Origin: a virus
Length of the DNA: 61,596 bases
Strand: one strand, 5' to 3'
Virus record (IMG/VR): IMGVR_UViG_3300009111_000003
The first letter of the stretch is position 1, and every line of letters starts with the position of its first letter. A program made the translations under genes and the position numbers. Shown in pieces: positions 16,459 through 23,674 of this stretch. Below the pieces are notes generated by a model, which saw only the letters and a list, made by a program, of their open reading frames with translations, was not told where the DNA came from and did no database searches.

Positions 16459-16723
16459 AAAGAAACGGTGGCGCAAAGGAAGATTTGTAGAGCCGTGGTC
16501 GGCTGATGCGAACCTCATCGGTGGCAACTCAGAACTGCTGTGGGGTGCTGCCGATGAGGTCGCGCAGGAAGCCATGCACATCGCGAACATTCTGAACACG
16601 CGTGGGCGCGTGGACAGACACGCTATCGAACGGTCGATGGAAAAGATCGCGAACCACATGGACACCATTGACCACGCTCTGTCGCAAATCGTGGAGGGCA
16701 TGGGCGACAGCGAAGTAAAGTAG
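16448..16723 (+). CDS. Hypothetical protein (91 aa)
   Basis: ORF track. Confidence 0.55.
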   Translation: MTPRKKRWRKGRFVEPWSADANLIGGNSELLWGAADEVAQEAMHIANILNTRGRVDRHAIERSMEKIANHMDTIDHALSQIVEGMGDSEVK

Positions 16724-16735
16724 TCACGAAAACCG

Positions 16736-16781
16736 TTGACATTACGAGTTCCTCGTGCTACGCTTGTTGTAGGCAGGCACC
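16736..16781 (+). promoter_or_regulatory. Early promoter cassette with GGCAGGCACC box
   Basis: TTGACA 16736, TACGCT 16759, box 16772-16781. Confidence 0.7.
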
Positions 16782-16803
16782 AGCGAGAAGGGTGGTGAGA
16801 AAG

Positions 16804-17205
16804 ATGAGCATTGCCGAGAAGTACGGTTTGATTCCAGTCAACCACGTTCTCGATGGCAACGATATAACGTGGGTGGATGACAACAACGAGCGCATCATAG
16901 CCGAAGGGCTGCTGACGCGTTCGTGTGTTGTGGGTGTAGAACTGAGCCACAGACTGGACGGTCCAGGGTACTGCGGAGTGACGTACAGCGATGGTCTGTA
17001 CGCCTATATCGTGGTGCTTCGTGTACATCAGCCGCGCACGGATCTCATGCGGCACACGCACATCACTCTGGAGGACGAACGCAGCACTCGCAAGCACGAA
17101 CTGACGCAGTGGTGGTGGACGCTAGTGGTGGACGGAACCAAGCAACTCCGCGAGGTTTTCGATGCAGCGCAGCCCCACCCAGATGACGAGGAGGAATGGC
17201 GGTGA
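16804..17205 (+). CDS. Hypothetical protein (133 aa)
   Basis: ATG 16804 lies 8 nt after SD gaagggtgg. Confidence 0.65.
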   Translation: MSIAEKYGLIPVNHVLDGNDITWVDDNNERIIAEGLLTRSCVVGVELSHRLDGPGYCGVTYSDGLYAYIVVLRVHQPRTDLMRHTHITLEDERSTRKHELTQWWWTLVVDGTKQLREVFDAAQPHPDDEEEWR

Positions 17206-17468
17206 GTGCTCCAGATCTGGTTCTCATTGAGTTCGGCATGAAACTCCCCGAGTGGGAAGATGCCGTGCCGATGGGAATCGTGGGAGTTGATGCCACTGAG
17301 TTCCCCGAGGGCATTGACGAGGTGGAAGCGCAGCACATCGTGTGGGAGACCCTGCTCTGCGATGGCAGGTTCTCGATACTGTCACTGATGCTATTCCATC
17401 CGATGGCGAGCATCAGTCTGGACAAGGGAAGGGAGGCACTGCGTTCCTATCAGGCGCAGTGGAACTAG
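17196..17468 (+). CDS. Hypothetical protein (90 aa)
   Basis: ORF track. Confidence 0.55.
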   Translation: MAVSAPDLVLIEFGMKLPEWEDAVPMGIVGVDATEFPEGIDEVEAQHIVWETLLCDGRFSILSLMLFHPMASISLDKGREALRSYQAQWN

Positions 17469-17469
17469 C

Positions 17470-17934
17470 ATGAACGCATCTGAGGCTCTGGACGTGCTGT
17501 GCAGGGACACGCACACCGTCTGGCAAACTGAGTATGGGAAGGAGTTGGGTGCTGCGCTTGGACTACCCGAGTCCGCAGTGCCAGTCACCGACTTCCTTCA
17601 GATGGAAGCGCACCTGACTGGAAATCCCAAGGGCTACTTCCCGAACGATCCTGACTCGGCAGACCAGACGGGCGTGGCAAGTCTCGAACTTGCCCGTGCT
17701 GCCGTTCGGTACTACCACCTTCGCCACTCACGTTCGCTCGGACGTGGGTTCGAGGTGCGTGAGAACTGTGGAATCCTGAGCGCGTACCTGCTCACGAAGT
17801 CGGGTGATGATTGCCCGTTCTGCGGTGCCAAGTCAACGATGGAAGTGTATGACGACAGCACCGATGACAACTGGACATTCCACTGCCGCGAGTGCGGCAA
17901 GGAAGCGGCTCACAGCGAGGAGGTGAAATCGTGA
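17470..17934 (+). CDS. Hypothetical protein with a C-terminal zinc ribbon (154 aa)
   Basis: CPFCG...CRECG motif. Confidence 0.6.
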   Translation: MNASEALDVLCRDTHTVWQTEYGKELGAALGLPESAVPVTDFLQMEAHLTGNPKGYFPNDPDSADQTGVASLELARAAVRYYHLRHSRSLGRGFEVRENCGILSAYLLTKSGDDCPFCGAKSTMEVYDDSTDDNWTFHCRECGKEAAHSEEVKS

Positions 17935-18167
17935 TAATCATAAATCCGGAGGACATTCCTGAGCAGGCGCATCGTGGTGCCCCGCTCAAGAACGACGTGC
18001 GTGAGTTCCTCGCCAACAAGAAGGCGCAGGCGGCTATCCTCAAGGAGTACGAGTCCACTGCATCAGCGCGGAGTACGGTCACGCGTCTGAACGCATGGGC
18101 GGAGGAGGAGGATCTTCCGTTCGAGGCGATGTCCCGCAACGGCGTCGTCTACATACAGAAGGTGTAG
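17931..18167 (+). CDS. Hypothetical protein (78 aa)
   Basis: GTG 17931 overlaps the upstream stop (GTGA). SD gaggagg. Confidence 0.55.
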   Translation: MIIINPEDIPEQAHRGAPLKNDVREFLANKKAQAAILKEYESTASARSTVTRLNAWAEEEDLPFEAMSRNGVVYIQKV

Positions 18168-18178
18168 GTGGTTCGGTC

Positions 18179-18379
18179 ATGCGTGCGATCGTTGTGTTGA
18201 ACGATGGCGAGACGTGGACGAATGCAGATGGTTGCGCCATCGTCGTAGTCAGCGAAGCCCAGATGGACGCGCTCTACACAGGAGTCACGCCCAAGGATCT
18301 CGGTCTGGAGCCGTTTGCAACGCTCCGACTGAGTGAGGAGGAAGGTCGGCTCAACAACCTGAAGATCGGGGGTGTGTGA
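18179..18379 (+). CDS. Hypothetical protein (66 aa)
   Basis: ATG 18179, in frame within track ORF 18095-18379. Confidence 0.5.
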   Translation: MRAIVVLNDGETWTNADGCAIVVVSEAQMDALYTGVTPKDLGLEPFATLRLSEEEGRLNNLKIGGV

Positions 18380-18552
18380 TGCAGAGGCACACGTTCACCA
18401 TCGTCGTGCTCTCTGAGTACAGCGAGGAGGACACTGCTGACGACATCGTGCAGTGTCTGAACAGCCAGGAGTTCGACCTGCAATCGTGCGACCACGTCCA
18501 GACCGAGGAGGGTGACATAACTCCGGAAGGAGAGTTCGTTCCCGATGCCTGA
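18379..18552 (+). CDS. Hypothetical acidic protein (57 aa)
   Basis: Hand-translated (MQRHTFTIVVLSEYSEEDTADD...). TGATG overlap with the upstream gene. Confidence 0.45.
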   Translation: MQRHTFTIVVLSEYSEEDTADDIVQCLNSQEFDLQSCDHVQTEEGDITPEGEFVPDA

Positions 18553-18979
18553 GAAATGGTTCGTCTCACGCCAGCGATACTGGCCGGATGGGACAACCGT
18601 GGTCGAGGTCGCCTTCGGTGGGCTTGACTACGCCAATCCGGACATGCTCGTACCTCGCTATGAGAATCTCGGCGAGGCGTTCGAGTACGACAACGCCTAC
18701 GATGCTGTGAAGGCAGCAATCCGTGTCCGCGAGATGTGGAGGGGTGATGTGGGCGAAGAGGGTGGCGCATCAGAGATCCAGATAGCCATCGGTTGCACGA
18801 TGGGATTTACGCTGCCCTTCGAACCTGACGGCAGGAACGATGAGGCTATCCTTGAGTGGGCACAGAAGCGCGACTCCATTGCGCGTGATGCAGAAGACGC
18901 TGACAGCGAGGAACTGGAAGCCGCCAGCGAGATGCTCAACGGATGGGACGCATGGGACGTGAAGATCTGGGGTGGTTAG
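18545..18979 (+). CDS. Hypothetical protein (144 aa)
   Basis: ORF track. Confidence 0.6.
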   Translation: MPEKWFVSRQRYWPDGTTVVEVAFGGLDYANPDMLVPRYENLGEAFEYDNAYDAVKAAIRVREMWRGDVGEEGGASEIQIAIGCTMGFTLPFEPDGRNDEAILEWAQKRDSIARDAEDADSEELEAASEMLNGWDAWDVKIWGG

Positions 18980-18991
18980 TCGCGAAAAGTG

Positions 18992-19044
18992 TTGACAACG
19001 ACTCTTCTGTGTGCTACGCTTGTTGTGTGGTAAAGCGGCAGGCG
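18992..19044 (+). promoter_or_regulatory. Early promoter cassette with GGCAGGCG box
   Basis: TTGACA 18992, TACGCT 19015, box 19037-19044. The upstream element is tagtcgcgaaaagt. Confidence 0.7.
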
Positions 19045-19059
19045 AAAGGGGTGTATCCA

Positions 19060-19302
19060 GTGACGCAGGGCATATTCGTCAAGGGCAGGCGTCCCGCAAC
19101 GAAGAAGCAAATCAAGGAGCAGGTCGCTGAAGATCCGTCGCGCGTCTCTCTCGAGGCGACTAGCATGTTCGGCAATGAGTACGACGGTCCCGTGACCGAG
19201 GCTCCCGACGGCACCTACACGTTCGTCGGTCCCGACCCGTACAACAAGCGGACGTTCTACGGCAACATCAAGAAGGCAGGCGAGACGATCCGCGTGACGT
19301 AG
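19060..19302 (+). CDS. Hypothetical protein (80 aa)
   Basis: GTG 19060 follows SD aaagggg. The track start 18943 lies upstream of the promoter. Confidence 0.55.
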   Translation: MTQGIFVKGRRPATKKQIKEQVAEDPSRVSLEATSMFGNEYDGPVTEAPDGTYTFVGPDPYNKRTFYGNIKKAGETIRVT

Positions 19303-19309
19303 GCGATAC

Positions 19310-19349
19310 GCGGGGTCGGGGGCTTTCTACCCTTCTCTCCCGACCCCGC
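19310..19349 (+). terminator. Hairpin terminator candidate
   Basis: 11-bp stem gcggggtcggg / cccgaccccgc with an 18-nt loop. Confidence 0.5.
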
Positions 19350-19368
19350 TATTGCAACCGAAGGGTAG

Positions 19369-19420
19369 TTGACAAGCCGAGTTCCGTGTGCTATGCTTGC
19401 CGTAGGCAAGGCAGGCAACC
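19369..19420 (+). promoter_or_regulatory. Early promoter cassette with GGCAGGCAACC box
   Basis: TTGACA 19369, TATGCT 19392, box 19410-19420. Confidence 0.7.
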
Positions 19421-19733
19421 GAACTTTGACAATCGTAAAGGGTTCACCATCTCGTCAAACCGACCCCACGGTAACGCGGAAAGCCAGTCGTCCCTGTCAC
19501 TTCGCACCGCCTCTACTTCCAGCCATGGATGCGAAGCACGCATACGGACGGAGTTTCACACGAATCCTGAGCCGTGGAGTAAAATGGGTTTCGCCTGCAA
19601 CCGATCGCGGGCAAGCCCTCCTGAGCGTTGCAACGCAAGGGTTTCTCGAGTGGGTGCTCCCGTCGGGATGGAGCATGGACGGGGTGGTGAATCCTTTACG
19701 GTTGTCAGGGTTCAGAGAAGGGTGGTGAGCAAG
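19421..19733 (+). promoter_or_regulatory. Long structured 5' leader / candidate cis-regulatory RNA
   Basis: It is about 310 nt between the promoter and the SD of the next CDS. The segment 19427-19448 (tgacaatcgtaaagggttcacc) pairs fully, with two G-U wobbles, with 19686-19707 (ggtgaatcctttacggttgtca). Internal hairpins include cccgtc/gacggg and gcgttgcaacgc. Confidence 0.55.
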
Positions 19734-20165
19734 GTGAGGATCGACCTCGAACGACTGGGCAAGTACCCCGATGGGTGCAACACCTATCCGTCGGGCATGT
19801 CCACTCGCGTAAACGAGATCGAGCGTGCTGGCAAGGAAGTCGCACTTGACAATCCTTCGCAGTACGCTCGTGACGTTGCGAACCGTGAGTGGTACGACAA
19901 GGTGGAAGCCGCCTACAAGGTCATCTCGCAGGACGTGAACGGGAACGGCGGTTTGGCTCTTGCTCGTATATTCGCAGACGAGCACCCCGAACTCCAGCAC
20001 ATGACGCTCGATGCGTTGCGTGCTGGCATGCTCCTCCGTCACCCCGAACTCCTCAAGTACATGGACGGCAAGATAGACGCGATCCGTCGGTCACACATTG
20101 ACGGGCGCGTCCGTGTGCGTGACGCAGAGTTCGTAGTGCAGCGCGACATCCGTTGGGAGGACTGA
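19734..20165 (+). CDS. Hypothetical protein (143 aa)
   Basis: GTG 19734 lies 8 nt after SD gaagggtgg, the same spacing as at 16804. The track extension upstream is leader sequence. Confidence 0.6.
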   Translation: MRIDLERLGKYPDGCNTYPSGMSTRVNEIERAGKEVALDNPSQYARDVANREWYDKVEAAYKVISQDVNGNGGLALARIFADEHPELQHMTLDALRAGMLLRHPELLKYMDGKIDAIRRSHIDGRVRVRDAEFVVQRDIRWED

Positions 20166-20341
20166 TGGACAAGCAGGTCGAGATAATCATCAAGACGGCA
20201 GCGCAGTCCGACACCGACTGGCTGAGTGCGAAGACGGTCGTGTGCCTCGCGCAGGACATGAAGAACGCGAACTCTGACACCGCCATGGACGAGGAGTTCG
20301 ATGACCTGTGCGACGAGGTCATCGTGAGGTACTCCAAGTGA
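20165..20341 (+). CDS. Hypothetical acidic protein (58 aa)
   Basis: ATG 20165 overlaps the upstream stop (TGATG). Confidence 0.5.
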   Translation: MDKQVEIIIKTAAQSDTDWLSAKTVVCLAQDMKNANSDTAMDEEFDDLCDEVIVRYSK

Positions 20342-20637
20342 GTTACTCCAACTACCAACAGATCCGTGACCACCTGATAGAGAACGAGCCGTTCGAGGGC
20401 AACACCATGCGAGCGACTCTGGAGGACGGCGTGTATCGCGTGTATTCGTACACGACCGTCATCTACAAGGAGTTGCCTGACGGAAGGTGCATCTTCAATC
20501 AGGACAAGTATTCCCGCACCACGACCAAGCATCAGAACCTTGTGTGGTCGGTCAAGCACTCCAAGATTGAGAAGAGTTTCAAGGGCTTCCTCGTTCGCAA
20601 GTTTCTTGATAGTGAGAGAAGGAAATCCGGTGAGTAG
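20338..20637 (+). CDS. Hypothetical protein (99 aa; YSYTTVI...YSRTTTKHQN motif)
   Basis: GTG 20338 overlaps the upstream stop (GTGA). Confidence 0.55.
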   Translation: MSYSNYQQIRDHLIENEPFEGNTMRATLEDGVYRVYSYTTVIYKELPDGRCIFNQDKYSRTTTKHQNLVWSVKHSKIEKSFKGFLVRKFLDSERRKSGE

Positions 20638-20821
20638 ACTTATCTGTAGTGGGTGCAACGCCGAGGTCAGCGAAGACGAAGTTGCCGAGGTTGACGGAAG
20701 GCTCGTACACATCGTGCAGGAGGCTGACCACGACGGTCCTGGGAGCGACATTCGCTCATGGTACATGACGAACGTGACTTGTGGCGAAGTCAGAAGGGAG
20801 GGGCAAGATAGTATGGAATAG
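20630..20821 (+). CDS. Hypothetical protein (63 aa)
   Basis: GTG 20630 follows SD gagaagga. Confidence 0.45.
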   Translation: MSRLICSGCNAEVSEDEVAEVDGRLVHIVQEADHDGPGSDIRSWYMTNVTCGEVRREGQDSME

Positions 20822-20824
20822 AGG

Positions 20825-20877
20825 TTGACAATGCGTCGTCCTCGTGCTATGCTTGTTTCACTGAAAGCGGCAGGCAG
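20825..20877 (+). promoter_or_regulatory. Early promoter cassette with GGCAGGCAG box
   Basis: TTGACA 20825, TATGCT 20848, box 20869-20877. Confidence 0.7.
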
Positions 20878-20937
20878 ACCCCGACACACAATCCTCAACT
20901 GCCTAGCCACGAGTCCCTAGAAAGGGGGATGGATTCC

Positions 20938-21444
20938 ATGGCAACACGCACCACGAAGGCAAAGCCCACGAAGGCTGCGCCGAAAAAGGCTGCTCCGAAG
21001 GAAGAGTCGGAGAAGCGGATCGTGGGGTCGGCTCTGCTTGACCCCAAGTCCCGGGAGTTCAAGGAACTGTCGGAGCGTCGGCAGGCGTGGATCCTTCGCT
21101 GGGCGGACATCGCTCCGCACATGAAGAACGTCCACCGCATCCTCGAGCACAACAAGGGTCTGTTCTGGATCTTCACCACCGAGGGACTTTATCAGGTCGG
21201 GCGCATGTCCGCCTCTGGCAAGTCCTTCAACGTGGAGTTCGAGAGCGAGTCCCGCGACGAGTCGTACGAGTACTACACTGGCGAGCGCAGCGGCTCGTAC
21301 GGCAAGGAGGCTGCGCCTGCGAAGGCGAAGGCTCCTGCGAAGGCGAAGGCGACCACCAAGAAGGCGGCTCCTGCAAAGGCGAAGACCCGCAAGGTCAAGC
21401 CAGCGGTGGAAGTCGACGACGAACTCGAGGACATGCTCGACTAG
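20938..21444 (+). CDS. Lys/Ala/Pro-rich histone-H1-like DNA-binding protein candidate (168 aa)
   Basis: The N-terminus reads TKAKPTKAAPKKAAPK and the C-terminus reads AAPAKAKAPAKAKATTKKAAPAKAKTRKVKP, around a globular core. SD aaaggggg. Confidence 0.6.
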   Translation: MATRTTKAKPTKAAPKKAAPKEESEKRIVGSALLDPKSREFKELSERRQAWILRWADIAPHMKNVHRILEHNKGLFWIFTTEGLYQVGRMSASGKSFNVEFESESRDESYEYYTGERSGSYGKEAAPAKAKAPAKAKATTKKAAPAKAKTRKVKPAVEVDDELEDMLD

Positions 21445-21519
21445 CAGATCCTCGGTTGACCCCGAAGCACCCCGCTACTGCTCGCAGTGGCGGGGTGCTG
21501 CATATAGAGGAGTGACGCG

Positions 21520-21762
21520 ATGAGAGTTCTGTGGCACTACCGCAACCGCATTCGCGTCGAGGTGGCACTCGAGCATGAGTTCCAGGTAGCCCTCGGCTTC
21601 CAGTACACCTACCGTGGCGAAACCTTTCCGTGGACGCTCACCTTCTACTTCATCTGCTTCCGGATCGTCCTATGCGGTTCCCTTGATAAGGAGATGAAAA
21701 GTCGGCGTGCATTATACGACAATGAGGGTGACGACGAATTCCGCGAAGCAGAGTGGAGGTAA
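21520..21762 (+). CDS. Hypothetical protein (80 aa)
   Basis: ORF track. Confidence 0.55.
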   Translation: MRVLWHYRNRIRVEVALEHEFQVALGFQYTYRGETFPWTLTFYFICFRIVLCGSLDKEMKSRRALYDNEGDDEFREAEWR

Positions 21763-21831
21763 CATGCGCTACATCGAGTCGTTCCTCAACTGGCTCGTAC
21801 ATGCGATCTTCACAGGCGGCTGGTGGAAGAT

Positions 21832-22062
21832 ATGAGCGCACCGAAGCGAGCATTTGTCGTGAATCTCAAGACGGGCATGGTTGGCAACTGCCCGAGATTT
21901 GACAAGGAGATGGACGCGAACCTGTGTGTTCAGAAGTGTCGCTACTGTGAGGGGCAGAACAAGTCGGTGTTCTTTGACCGAATGGATCCCAAGACTCGCA
22001 AAGCGGTCACGCATTTGAGAATCATCCACTGCTCGTATGATTACCACGGGGGAGAAAGATGA
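21832..22062 (+). CDS. Small Cys-rich protein, paralogue A (76 aa)
   Basis: CPRFDKEMDANLCVQKCRYCEG...IIHCSYD is collinear with ORF 22207-22440. Confidence 0.55.
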   Translation: MSAPKRAFVVNLKTGMVGNCPRFDKEMDANLCVQKCRYCEGQNKSVFFDRMDPKTRKAVTHLRIIHCSYDYHGGER

Positions 22063-22238
22063 AAATCGAGTGCCCGGATTGCTATGGCACTGGACAGGCA
22101 GGCATGCTCGCTAGAAACGTCAGTGATTGCCTGTGGAGGAGCGACCCGAAGTGCCCGACGTGCAAGGGTCGTGGTCGCATCAAGGCGAAGGGACATTCCA
22201 GTGGGGATGGGCGTACAAAACGAAATAGTGCGCGATAA
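22059..22238 (+). CDS. DnaJ-type zinc-finger protein (59 aa)
   Basis: Hand-translated as MKIECPDCYGTGQAG...CPTCKGRGRI (CxxCxGxG twice). ATGA overlap with the upstream gene. Confidence 0.5.
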   Translation: MKIECPDCYGTGQAGMLARNVSDCLWRSDPKCPTCKGRGRIKAKGHSSGDGRTKRNSAR

Positions 22239-22440
22239 CATCGTGCAGCATTGCCCCCGACTGGGTACGGAACTGTCGGCGAACAAATGTGTCAAATATT
22301 GTAAGTTTTGTCGGGGATATCTGTTGAGCGTATCATTCAGGATTTTTGGATCTGATGATACGAAAAAGGAAATATACACGGTGGTTTGCGACTACCCCCA
22401 CCTCCGTGAGTTTCCAAAACACGACGTCGCGAAGCCCTGA
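22207..22440 (+). CDS. Small Cys-rich protein, paralogue B (77 aa)
   Basis: CPRLGTELSANKCVKYCKFCRG...VVCDYP. In frame within track ORF 22084-22440. Confidence 0.5.
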   Translation: MGVQNEIVRDNIVQHCPRLGTELSANKCVKYCKFCRGYLLSVSFRIFGSDDTKKEIYTVVCDYPHLREFPKHDVAKP

Positions 22441-22483
22441 CCTGCGGTGGCGAGAAATAAAAATAAACATAGCACTGGTTCTA

Positions 22484-22600
22484 CGCATAAGGGGGTGGGT
22501 CAAAATAACTTCGGAACAACTCTATCTCTCGCGCGAAACTCAAAGAGTATTCAGGGGTATACCCCTATGAGCGGTTCCGGCTAGGGTGTGTGTTTTTTAT
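22484..22600. repeat. Element related to the 10600-10880 element (shorter copy)
   Basis: It shares taagggggt, ctcgcgcg(a/t)aa, a GGGGTA..TACCCC hairpin (perfect palindrome aggggtatacccct at 22553-22566), ccc(t)tatgagc.g..c.ggcta, and a terminal T run. Confidence 0.55.
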
Positions 22601-22610
22601 TCGCCGTCGC

Positions 22611-22658
22611 TTGACATTTCAGATTCCGTGTGGTACAGTTAGGTGATGGCAGGCAACC
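22611..22658 (+). promoter_or_regulatory. Promoter cassette with GGCAGGCAACC box
   Basis: TTGACA 22611, TACAGT 22634, box 22648-22658. Confidence 0.7.
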
Positions 22659-22677
22659 AGAGAAAGGGGGTGAAGCG

Positions 22678-23394
22678 GTGGCAGAAAAGTCGGACGGACT
22701 CAACCATCTTCTTGACCTTGCTAACAAGCGTTCGCGTTATGCTGCGAGGACTGAGTTCCCACCAGCAATCGTAAAGTTTGGCAAGCGCGTCGAGGAGATA
22801 CTCCTCTCCCGTGGCGTAGAGATTACACTCAAACGCTACAGGCAGGAATTCATCAACTACGGAGTGGGCAAGGTTGGATTCCACCCATACGTTGAGAAGA
22901 TCGTTCCCGAGATACACACTGAGGATGAATTCGTGAACCTCCTGAGTGTCCTGGGATACGACGTTGTCGATGAGGAGGAACTCGAGGTGGATCTCCGAGT
23001 CCTAGTGTGTGGCTCACGCGACTGGGAAGATGGTACGTTCATGCTCAAGCATCTTCGCCAGTTACCAAAGGGCACCACAATCATCGAGGGTGCTGCTCCT
23101 GGAGCAGATACTCTCGCCGCTCTGTATGCCAAGCAACTCGGGTTTGAGATCGATGAGTACCCTGCGAATTGGGGCAAGTACCATCGGGCAGCGGGACCGA
23201 TTCGCAACAAGCAAATGCTCGAGGAAGGTCAGCCCGATGTTGTGCTGGCGTTTCACGAAGACATTGCCGAGAGCAAGGGCACTCGCGACATGTGCATACA
23301 GGCAAAGAAGGCAGGAATCCCCGTGAAGATACTGAGCGGGGCGAAGCAGGTTGATATCGCATCTTGGTTGGAGGAGGTGATAGAGTATGAGTGA
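22678..23394 (+). CDS. SLOG-superfamily protein (DUF2493-like C-terminal domain)
   Basis: The motif VLVCGSRDW...IIEGAAPGADTLAA...AAGPIRNKQML...PDVVLAFH is present. GTG 22678 follows SD aaaggggg. Confidence 0.7.
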   Translation: MAEKSDGLNHLLDLANKRSRYAARTEFPPAIVKFGKRVEEILLSRGVEITLKRYRQEFINYGVGKVGFHPYVEKIVPEIHTEDEFVNLLSVLGYDVVDEEELEVDLRVLVCGSRDWEDGTFMLKHLRQLPKGTTIIEGAAPGADTLAALYAKQLGFEIDEYPANWGKYHRAAGPIRNKQMLEEGQPDVVLAFHEDIAESKGTRDMCIQAKKAGIPVKILSGAKQVDIASWLEEVIEYE

Positions 23395-23674
23395 GAAGAC
23401 GTACAGGGTAATGGACTCTGCGACACTGGTTCGTCTGACACAGAAGGCGGCGAAGCAACGGTACAACAAGTACCCGAGCATGGAGTTCCTCAAGCGTGAC
23501 CTAGACCCTAGCGGTCGCCATCTTGTCACGTTCCACATGCTTCACAACGACGGACCCGAGATCCGCACAGTCCTCATGGTCAAGGTCAAGGAGACCATGC
23601 AGCCCGTGGAGGTAGCACTCGACATGGACATCTCGGACTTCAACAAACTCGAGGAGGTCATGGTCGAAAAGTGA
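23387..23674 (+). CDS. Hypothetical protein (95 aa)
   Basis: ORF track. Confidence 0.6.
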   Translation: MSEKTYRVMDSATLVRLTQKAAKQRYNKYPSMEFLKRDLDPSGRHLVTFHMLHNDGPEIRTVLMVKVKETMQPVEVALDMDISDFNKLEEVMVEK

